In this document: one piece after another, positions 54,240-64,000 of the stretch
How positions within the stretch are numbered: position 1 is the stretch's first letter
Layout: the number at the start of each line of letters is the position of its first letter
NCBI GenBank assembly: GCA_964016885.1
Contig: OZ024747.1
Coordinates: 75,330,001 to 75,394,000, forward strand
Reading direction: 5' to 3'
Length of the DNA: 64,000 nt
Source: Eledone cirrhosa
Taxonomy: Eukaryota
The notes under the pieces: model-generated
The model's input: only the letters and a program-made list of their open reading frames with translations
Databases searched by the model: none
Told to the model about the DNA's origin: nothing
Made by a program: the position numbers and the translations under genes

Positions 54240-56164
54240 GTAACCCTTCATTTTTTTTTCCCTTTTTTTTTTTTTTTGCTAAATTTAATCTAAAAAAATC
54301 TTCCTTCGTACGATTTTTTTTTTCCTTCCACTTTTTAGTTTTAAGATATTCAATTGGAGGAAATCAATAATTTGGTTTCTGTTTTGATGTGAAAGACTTT
54401 TTACATTGACAAAGGATCAAGTTGAAAGATGGTGCAAAATACTGCAACCTTTCATTTCCCAATTAGGAAGAACACAATAACTGTAAAATCAGCTTTCACT
54501 CAAATCCTTTAAACTGAACACGGTATCACAGTTTATTTCACAGTTCTGTGAGAACGGCAATTGAACTAGCCACACCCACAGGCCCACACTCCATGCACAT
54601 ATGCACACTTTCTTTCTTAACATCCTCACTTCTGTCTGTCTCATATTTCATTCATTCAAAAACTTTTCTTCATTCTTCAATTCTATGTTGTATGCTTTGC
54701 TAAATGAATATGTTATTGTTATCATCATCATTATTATTATTTGCTTCTAGTCTTTTGATTGTAACTTTTTTCTTCCATTTTACTATGATTTGCAATGTTA
54801 CGTATAACCTTTATTTTTGGTAGAAATCTGTGTATGTCTTTTTCTTTCCTTTTAAATTAATTTGAGGAAGCATTTCTCATTTTTATGTTGAATTTTTCAT
54901 TTTTATAATTTGTTGTTTGAATATTATTATTATTTTCCTTTGGCAGTGTTCCCACATAAACCTTAATACATGAATTAGCTATCAACATTGTTTATTCTAA
55001 AACAATTGTTTTAGTTTTAGTGTTTGGATTATGCCATTCTATTAACACAATTTCTTGTGCTGAGCAAGCATCTTTGTGGGGTTTGTCTGTGAGTTCATAC
55101 ATACTATGATATATATATATATAACCACTATCCTCATTACAGGAGTTTGTTTATTTAAATCTAATAAGATGGTACATCAAAAATATATCAATGAAACATT
55201 TCTTCAACAACTACAAATGGATTTTGAAATCAGGGAGAAAAGAAATATTTATTTTATATTTATTTCATATTTTGATTTCATGTATCAACAATTGGAAATT
55301 AGTATATAGTATAAACAAATAAAATATTTTTTAAAAAGTATGAAAAACTCATGGGAGAGGTTTTGTGGTGATAAAAATTGTACAATGAAGATTGTGATTC
55401 ATGGGTTTGGATAAGTTTTTATGTATTGGGGGAGAGGAAAATCTTATATTTTAGGATCGACTCTTTGACTAAAGGAAACAATTATTCATATTAATGCACA
55501 GGCATGGCTCTTTGGATAAGAAGTTAACTTCAGAATCACATGGTTTTGGGTTCAGTCTTACTGAATAATAGTGGAACATGTCATTTTTTGTGTTTTCTGT
55601 GATTTGATGTTCTTCTTAACACCAACCACTTTACCGAGTATACTGGGTGCATTTTATCCTGCTACCAGCACTAAAGAAATTGTCACGTCCTCATTGGGAC
55701 TAAAGGGTCATCTCAAGCAGATATTGTCTCCACATGTTCACCAACCACTTTACAGAGTGTACTGGGTGTATTTTATTGTGGCACCAACACTAGAGAGGTT
55801 GTCTTGTATTTCACAAGACTAAAGTGTACCCACTATTTGATGTTGTCTTTGTTTATTCAAGTCAGTATAATTAAAGAGGGTGAATAGAAGAGAGAGAAGA
55901 GTAGTGACTGAAGAATGAATGTGAGTGAAGGGAAGAGGATGATGATGAAATAATAGTGAGAGGGCAGAGTGGGGAGGGAGGAGGAATGGAATATAGATAG
56001 TGGTGGCAGTTACAGGTTTGCTAGTGTGGGAGAGAGAGAGAGTAATAGAAATGGGGAATGAATGGTAAGAAGGAGTGATAGATGCCATTAAACAAGTAAT
56101 GTTGGGGTGAGGGAGCCATGGCTGGCAGTACAGAAAGGCTGACTTTAGGGTGTCTTATTAGATA

Positions 56165-56715
56165 GGGTGGTGGATTGGCAGTATCGGTAGAGAGTCGGAC
56201 GCCATGCTTTGACGCATAGAGTTACAGCCCTTGCCATTCTGAGTTCAAATCCCGCCGAGGTTAACTTTGCCTTTCATCCTTACGGGGTCGATAAAATAAA
56301 GTACCAGTAATGCACTGAGTAATTGCTGGCCTTGTGCCAAAAGTAGAAACAATTATTAATATTATTATTATTATTGTAAATAAAAATTACTTTTTAAAGT
56401 ACCAGTAATGCACTGGGTAATTGCTGGCCTTGTGCCAAAAAGTAGAAACAATTATTACTGGCAGTAGAACCGGTAGAGAGTCGGATGTGTTCTGTGGCAT
56501 ATAGTTATCGTCTTTTACATACTGAGTTCAAATCTCGCCAAGGTTTGTTTTGCTTTTCATCCTTACAGGGTCGATAAAATAAAGTACCAGTAACGCACTG
56601 GGGTCGATTTAACCGACTTTTCCTTCCCAAAAAATTGTTGGCCTTGTGCCTAAATCAGAAACCATTATTTATTATTATTGGCAATAGAATCGGTAGAGCG
56701 CCGGACAACATCTTC
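56165..56715 (+). mobile_element. Cluster of SINE family A copies and fragments
   Basis: A full copy at 56165 to about 56375 is very similar to the one starting at 8040; then a tail duplication, a second copy (about 56460-56670) and the start of a third. Confidence 0.82.
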
Positions 56716-57884
56716 GGTACTGGAGTGACGACCGATGTTAATCAGGAAAGGCTGTCCCTTGTACATAGTCATCATAATGTGAGAGGGGAGTAGAATAAGG
56801 TTAGTGGATGAGAGAAATATTAGACAAAGAATCTTAACCTCATTGGTCATTGTCCACGGAAATACCTTTGCAGTATTTGACTGTGGAGAGCAGCCGAAAC
56901 CCCACCCTACCCTAGGTATAGAGCCTGTCACCCTCTCCCATTTCCTTCTCTTTTTTCCGTGGCCTAATATTCCTTGCTCTTTTCCTCTCATTTATAGCAT
57001 TTATAGTCCTTTCCTTTCCTATTCAGCCAGATCTGCCCTTCTTCACCCATTCCCCCCCCCCCTTTTTTTTTTCATTATTTATATAATTAATTATGAAAAC
57101 TTAATAAATTATTTACATATGAAAAACTAGAAAAAAAGTCCTATTGTAAATGAAATAGCCACATATCCATATAGTGATTGCTGTTTATAAATTATCTTTA
57201 GTGTAAAATGTTTCTCATCTTTTCCAAAGCTAACGAATCTGTCAGAACCTCCTGGAAAAGACATTAATAGATTCATCATCACTTCATTATATTTTGCTGA
57301 TTAGTAATTAACACATTAATTACTTGATCTCTTATAATTTCCTAACTTATCAATTCAAATTGCCTTCCCTTTTTTCCCTTTCTATTTTATTCTTACCGTT
57401 TTTCCCTTGTCTTTTATCTTTCTTTTCTTCACTTCAAGAACAATTCTTTTAATTTTATTCACTTCTTAAACACTTCTTTTTTTATGAATTATTAATATAA
57501 TGTTTTTTTTTATTCACTTGTTGTTTTGTTCAACACCGTCCAGAACTTTTTCACTTTTAATCATTTTATTTATTTATTTTTCTACTGAGTTTGTTTTCCT
57601 TTTATAGTTTGTTGATTTTAACAATTACATCTGTCTGTCTGTCAGTCTTTGTATGTTTTTAAAAGTATTTTTATCAAAACACTGCCATTGACTAACTATG
57701 ATGTGTGAACTCTGGACTTTAGGACACAGTTTCACAAATCCACACTTATTGTCTCATTGAGTGGGTCATGGCTGGAAGTCACTAAAATAAATTCAGTGAC
57801 TTTCATAAACTTTCTATCATCTGTATATTCAAATTCATCCTTACATCTCTCTCTCTCTCAGTTAATCTCTCTCTCTCTCTCAGT

Positions 57885-57950
<66 letters not shown>

Positions 57951-58087
57951 CACTCACTCACTCATTTAATCTATCTATTTGTTTGTTAGTCTTTCTATAT
58001 TTTTCTATCATCTCTGTATATTCAAATTGATCCTCACATATCTCTCTCTCTATATATATATATCACACACACTCTCTCGCTCTCTGT

Positions 58088-58150
<63 letters not shown>

Positions 58151-58404
58151 ATAGGCACATTAAACTTAATTCATCATTTGACTGTTGTTCCAGACATTAC
58201 TGTCAGACATACCTAAGCAGTCTTTGCCTACTTCCAAAAGTTTATTGACCTGAGACTAATCTCTCTACCACGCAGCATACAGTTTACAAATAATTATTAT
58301 TTGAAACTTATTTCAAAAACTGTTTTTCTGTTCATTCTTAATTGTATAATTTTTATTCAACCTCTTATTTCTGCACCTGCATAACTATCAGTCTATATAT
58401 ATGT

Positions 58405-58469
<65 letters not shown>

Positions 58470-58838
58470 CTTATGGTAAACATGTTGACTAATCGGGGTT
58501 GCATATGTAACGCACCAATCAGTGAATAATGATGCAATTCAATTTAAGCACTCAACGTTATGTATTTTCTTCCAAATATGATTTGTCAGTCAGTGTTGGA
58601 GTATATGTAGAATAAGAAACATGTGAAGTTGGGTGTAGATGTTAAAAAGTTCTTTACTAACAAAACTTATTACATAAGATGCTTCTAATGATATTGCATG
58701 ACTTGTTGCGTGATTGAACCATCACGTAGCCACACTCGTCATTGAAATATGTATCACAGCTTTGTTAATATAGGACTTTTAACACATACACTGAACTTTG
58801 CATTTTCCTTATCATATATATATATATATATATATATA

Positions 58839-59008
58839 TGTATAATCAGTTACAACAGAGGCATATGTTGATATCTAAGTTTCAATGAGTTTTTACACCC
58901 ACTCATTCAGTTTGCCATCCATCACAAAATGGCAGACTGAATGTGTTGGTGTAAAAACCCAATGAAACTTAGGCATCTACATATGCCACTGTTGTAACTG
59001 ATTATACA
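58839..59008. repeat. Hairpin with arms of about 80 bp and a 10-nt loop
   Basis: tgtataatcagttacaacag...cagtttgccat / atggcagactg...ctgttgtaactgattataca; few mismatches. Confidence 0.9.
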
Positions 59009-59340
59009 TAACATGTCCTACTGACTGAGTGCTCTAAGCTCTTGGATATTTATATATCGTGAATGTATTTGAAGCATGTGATTCACTGTGTTGTTGCACA
59101 TTTGTTCAGGCTGGAAATTCAGGCTAGCAATGGAAGAAAGGGAGAATCATTCACTTCAAATGGACAAATAAATAAACTCTGCTTCATGCATTGAGTACTC
59201 TTTCTTTTTTTTGTGCATTCAGAGCCCTCACACACACATGCCAGTGTGTGTAGATGTATAATTATATGTATGACCCTAACAATATATTTATGTATATATA
59301 TTTATATAAATAAATGTGTCTTTAATTTATATCTTCACAG

Positions 59341-59535
59341 TGCCTACTCCGCCACGGAACTTAGAGATTGAATTCAATCAAGAAAATCCTCCCCAAGTTA
59401 AGGTGTTCTGGCAAAGACCGAGGGAGGTATTTGGTACTTTACAGGGTTTTAAAGTGACGTGGGGAAGAGTTGGTGAACGCTATGAGGAACATATTTTACG
59501 TCCAGATACATATGTATTTGTGACCGATATCCTAA
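59341..59535 (+). CDS. Lar: LAR-family RPTP exon, FN3 repeat 6, N-terminal part
   Basis: cttcacag|TG ... CTAA|gtaaga; 195 nt; phase 1-1. VPTPPRNLEIEFNQENPPQVKVFWQRPREVFGTLQGFKVTWG...FVTDIL. Confidence 0.93.
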
Positions 59536-60462
59536 GTAAGATAATCACTACACCTTTTTACATCACTTTCATCTTTAATAATCACAATTTTATCATCATC
59601 ATCATAAAAAAGGAAAATAAGGAATCATTCAACAAGATCCTTGTGGGGTGGAGCTTGTCAAATCGGACCAAGGAAACGTTTCTATTGGTCGTTATTGGTC
59701 TTTCCAATGCTGGAAATCAATCATAATAATAATTATAATATTAATCATCATCATCATTAATGTCCTGTCCACTCAGGAGAAAAAAAAAATGAGTGCCAGC
59801 AGCACCTGGGGGAGTTGACTCATTCAATGGATTGTTGTCTGGTTTAAGAGAAAGGTTTCATAATAGAACAGGAAATTCTATCATTAAAACACCTAAGAAT
59901 CTTCCATATGCGATGTAATCTTCTATTAGGCCAGCTACACCTGTATACAGGTGTGAGCTGTAACAATATCATTAAGCAAAGTGTGATTTATTTTGCAATG
60001 TCAGCAAATTGAAAGTTTAGTGTGTGCATGTAGTCCTGCAGCGGACTTAATGACTGTTTTTGTGCTGGTGCCATGATAAAATCCACCCAGTACACTTTGT
60101 AAAGTGGTTAGTGTTAGGGTTTGGCACTCAGCCATAGAAACTATGTTTATAAGCATGTGGTGTGTGACTTAGTTTGTGGTTAGGGCATTGGATTTACAAT
60201 CATAAGGTTGATTGATGGTTCAATTCCTTGTCCAAGAAGCACATTGTGATCTTAAGCAAAACACTTCATTTCACACTGATTTTCATGCTGTGACTATAAC
60301 CCCTTTCATTAAAACACCCAAGATAGCTCCTATGAAATCTAACCTTGTAGGAGGCCAGCTAAACCTACATTGATGTGGACTGTAAATTTCATTGTACTTT
60401 TCTTCATTTTGTATATATGATAATGATGATGATGATGGTTTTTGTTCTTTTTACCATTGTAG

Positions 60463-60555
60463 ATAAGGGTGCTACCTATGAATTTCGCATAGCTGCGCGC
60501 AACCAGGTGGACTACGGTGAACGGGCTGTAAATACAATAAAAACTCCCGATGGAG
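60463..60555 (+). CDS. Lar: LAR-family RPTP exon, FN3 repeat 6, C-terminal part
   Basis: attgtag|AT ... GGAG|gtaatt; 93 nt; phase 1-1. NKGATYEFRIAARNQVDYGERAVNTIKTPDG. Confidence 0.93.
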
Positions 60556-61175
60556 GTAATTAGAAATTTACAACTCTATTGATTCTAAAAACACTCAACT
60601 TCTTTCCTCTGCCTTCTCCTCATCCTCCACTTCCTCCTCCTCCTCAAAATGACATTAAACTCTCTGCAACTGCTCCAGGTTCTAGGATGCAAAACTGTTT
60701 GTTTAAAGTGTTTGTACTTATCAAAAATACAAAAATACCTTCCATCATAATTTCATGTAAAACCTTTGTTGAGTTATGACCCAAGCACCAGCTTAATAAT
60801 GAAAAAAAAAAGTTAGTTTACTAAATACCACCATATTCTTTATTATTTTCAGAATCATCTTAATCCCTTTAACCACAACCTAACCAAAATATTCTTTGGT
60901 TCCTATTAAAATTAAAATCTTCCAACATTATTTTATATAAGAACGTTTTTAAAATTACTAATGAGATGATTAATAATGTTAGTAAATCCCTCAAACTTCT
61001 TTCATTAATTGAAATACAGGGTTCCTATTTAAATTAAAATTTTCCAACATAATTTTATATAAGAACTAAATGTTAAATTATTCCCTCAATGTTCTTAATT
61101 AATTAATTGAAATAAAGTGTATTTTATTAGAAATATACTCACAAAATATGTAAATGTTTCCTTCTTATTTGACAG

Positions 61176-61469
61176 CTCCTGCCGGTGCTCCACAAAACTT
61201 CACCGTTATTCCAGTTAGTGAGACAACCGTTCTCTTAACTTGGGACCAACCTGCTAAGAATTTACGCAATGGTGAAATTCTAATGTATCAAATCAACTTT
61301 CATAAACAATCTGACTCGATAAACGTGGAAGATTTAAATGTAACAGACACCACTCTTGACATATCTGGTTTAGATATGAATACTGACTATGTCTTCCTGA
61401 TCAGGGGTTATACCAGCAAAGGGCCAGGACCATGGAGTAATAAACAAATTGCTCACACGTTTGGACACA
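61176..61469 (+). CDS. Lar: LAR-family RPTP exon, FN3 repeat 7
   Basis: tttgacag|CT ... CACA|gtaagg; 294 nt; phase 1-1. APAGAPQNFTVIPVSETTVLLTWDQPAKNLRNGEILMYQINF...GLDMNTDYVFLIRGYTSKGPGPWSNK. Confidence 0.95.
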
Positions 61470-61700
61470 GTAAGGAGTTTTCTTTTTTCATATTAATTTT
61501 GTACTTTTTCTGTCTTAGTAAATACAATGTGTTTATCTGTATGTGTGTGTATCTATGTGTGTGTGTGTGCCTATGTGTATATGTGTGTATATATATATAA
61601 AAAATAAATATATTTTTCTTTATTTGTTTTGTTTTTCTTTCTTACATTATAATTTAAATGTTTTTTTTTTCTTTAAATATTTAAATATTTCTTTTTCTAG

Positions 61701-61988
61701 TGCCACCAACTCCTGAAAATATAAAGATTCGGAGGACATCACCTACTACGATTGATGTGATGTGGGATCAACCTGCTTTACCTGTTGCTGGATATAAAGT
61801 ATACTATAACATGTTTGCCCTTCCTAACATGGAGCTTTGGCAAAACATTGATGTTGGCCCCTATACCGTGGCCGAGATTACAGGACTTGATCCACAAACA
61901 ATATATGTGGTGAGCGTACAGGCTATTTCAACTGGCAAAAGGGCTGGAAATTATTCAGCTCCAGTCTATACAAACATGATTCCGAGAG
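61701..61988 (+). CDS. Lar: LAR-family RPTP exon, FN3 repeat 8
   Basis: ctttttctag|TG ... AGAG|gtaaat; 288 nt; phase 1-1. MPPTPENIKIRRTSPTTIDVMWDQP...GYKVYYNMFA...W...AEITGLDPQTIYVVSVQA...GNYS. Confidence 0.94.
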
Positions 61989-62169
61989 GTAAATGTAGCT
62001 ACTTTCTTGTTAACTTCTCTGCTGGAATTTCAACTTCTTCATTATAAATGTCCATTTTTATATGCTGGAATAGCTTGGGTGGGCTGTCATTTTCTGAAAC
62101 TAGACAAGTCACAGACCACGATTTGCTCATACCATTTTGGCAGAGTTTCTACAAGCAGAAGTCCTTCCC

Positions 62170-62545
62170 AATGCATTTTATCATGGCACCAACACAGGTA
62201 CTTTACTGAGTGTACTGGGTACATTTTATCATGGCACCAACACTGTCACTTTACTGGGTTTATTGGGTGCATTTCATCATGGCACCAACACTGCCACTTT
62301 ATTGGGTGCATTTCATTATGGCACCAACACTGGCACTTTACAGACTATATTGGGAGCATTTTATCATGACACCAACACTGGCACTTTACTGAGTGTACTG
62401 GGTGCATTTTCTCATGACACTAACACTGCCACTTTACTGAGTATACTGGGTGCATTTTATCATGACACCAACACTGCCACTTTACAGACTATATTGGGTG
62501 CATTTTATCATGGCACCAACACTTCCACTTTACAGACTATACTAT
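62170..62545. repeat. Tandem repeat of about 48 bp (about 8 copies) derived from a dispersed-repeat segment
   Basis: Unit tgcattttatcatggcaccaacactgccactttactgagtgtactggg; related single copies at about 55620-55800. Confidence 0.85.
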
Positions 62546-62729
62546 TTGATGTTTTAACAACTCTGCAAATTTGCTGCCTGTATATATATATATGTATATG
62601 TAATCACATGTACACAACTAGAATATTTAACTATATATAGATTATGTACACACTTATGTGTATAGATGTTCTACTTTTCTGTAATAATGTTAATTTTATT
62701 ATAAACTCTCTTTTTTTATATTTTCATAG

Positions 62730-62833
62730 ATCGTCCGGATGCTGTTCAGAATTTCAGAGTGGCACTAAAATCTTCTCGAATTATTCAACTAGCTTGGGAT
62801 CATCCTGAAAAACAAGTAGTCAACTCGTATACG
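62730..62833 (+). CDS. Lar: LAR-family RPTP exon, FN3 repeat 9, N-terminal part (absent from the ORF track)
   Basis: ttttcatag|AT ... ACG|gtatgt; 104 nt; phase 1 to 0. DRPDAVQNFRVALKSSRIIQLAWDHPEKQVVNSYT. Confidence 0.9.
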
Positions 62834-63259
62834 GTATGTGTTTGTGTGTATATTTATATATAATGTATGTATGGCTGGATGGTCCTGTAACTCCTGAAGG
62901 AGTTGTACAGGTGCTGTGGTGGTATACAACATTTCTAGAGCATTTTTTTAACCTGGCAGAGCTCATCTCCTCTCTGTACAAAAAGTTTACCATAAGAGGG
63001 TTGTTGCTAGGTAGATATATAGCCATAAAACATTGCCTCAAAAAGGACCCTATCATATGTATGAGACTTGTCTAGGGGGCTGCAAAACTAACCCTTGTTT
63101 TAGCAAGGAAAATGGTCTTAAAACACTTGTTTTTGTGTTATATTGGAAACACAACTGCGGTTTACTTATGTTCTAGTAGACTCGAGCTGTCAATAAAGGT
63201 GGCAATAGTGTTGAACATATTCAATTTTTAAAGTTGAAGATTAGTATATTATATGTGTC

Positions 63260-63642
63260 AGGATTGCTGGATATATGAACAATCATACCGGCTAGAAAAT
63301 TTACATTTTGATATAATTAATGGTTTGTATTAGAGAGACTGAGGATCTTGTGAGTGGAAAACAAATTTACTATTATAGCAACATTACTCTATATACACAC
63401 CTGATTAATCGAGATCATCAAGAAGGGCAAGCATAGATGGGCTGGCCATGTGTGACATCTCAGAGACAACAGGTGAACTATTAGAGTAATAGACACCAAG
63501 GCAATGGAAAAAAAACTAGAGGGCAGCCAAAGACAAGATAGTGTGACAATCTGACCTGATACCACAGCCCCATATGGCCCAATATGGTCAGAGATAGAAA
63601 GCGATGGAGGTCAACCAAGGATGGATTTCTCCAACAGGAATG
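63260..63642 (+). mobile_element. Decayed RTE-like LINE 3' fragment
   Basis: Degenerate translation IIKKGKHRWAGHV*...RDNR*TIRVID...TRGQPKTR*CD...RDRKRWRS, typical of RTE ORF C-termini. Confidence 0.7.
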
Positions 63643-63774
63643 AGGTCTTGGATTTTGGATATATATAAACAAACCAATAAAAGAGTGTGTATTATGTGTC
63701 TATATGTGCTCATATGTATAAAGTGTATAATATATGATATATTATGTTGTATTATTTCTTTTTGTTTTCAAAAG

Positions 63775-63988
63775 CTAACCTTTGAGGGGTCAAAATCATA
63801 TTGGGAAAAGGGTACACTGAAGACCATCTACTCTCCACTTGTTTCTCGCCAAATTGGAGGTCAGGAATCTTCGTGGCAAGTTGAAAACCTGCAACCAAAG
63901 ATGAAATATGATTTCAATATCAGTGCACTTTTTCGTGATGGAACTACCGGACCTGATCAGTATCTAACCACTGAAACTCTCATTGAAC
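63775..63988 (+). CDS. Lar: LAR-family RPTP exon, FN3 repeat 9, C-terminal part (absent from the ORF track)
   Basis: tttgttttcaaaag|CTA ... GAAC|gtaagt; 214 nt; phase 0 to 1. LTFEGSKSYWEKGTLKTIYSPLVSRQIGGQESSWQVENLQPKMKYDFNISALFRDGTTGPDQYLTTETLIE. Confidence 0.9.
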
Positions 63989-64000
63989 GTAAGTCACCAC

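Noticed and set aside
62137-62640. 167-aa ORF with a 16-aa periodic repeat (GAFYHGTNT...)
   Set aside because: Translation of the 48-bp tandem repeat in the FN8/FN9 intron; no splice-site support and the unit derives from a dispersed repeat.

Overview
Eukaryotic, very AT-rich and (TA)n-rich genomic DNA. The repeat content (tRNA-derived SINEs, (CAT)n-tailed RTE ends) suggests an octopod/coleoid cephalopod, which is an inference. The whole window lies inside one + strand gene, a LAR-family (type IIa) receptor protein tyrosine phosphatase (Lar/PTPRD/F/S-like). Ten constitutive exons with GT-AG boundaries and consistent phases encode the ectodomain from the second half of fibronectin type III repeat FN2 to FN9. 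Nearly all other ORFs in the track are microsatellite artefacts. The most interesting part is the 31.4 kb phase-1 intron at the FN2/FN3 junction (768-32196). It holds a series of frame-preserving candidate micro/mini-exons (33, 12, 42, 6 and possibly 66 nt) in largely transposon-free blocks rich in UGC, ACUAA and UGCAUG motifs. Two GC-rich islands 14 kb apart in this intron (about 10097-10200 and 24506-24559) are antiparallel complementary and could loop out part of the cassette. The introns also contain a 37-bp minisatellite, piggyBac-type MITEs, a decayed mariner transposase, SINE/RTE fragments and many long hairpins. All alternative exons and RNA structures were predicted by eye and need RNA-seq and comparative confirmation.
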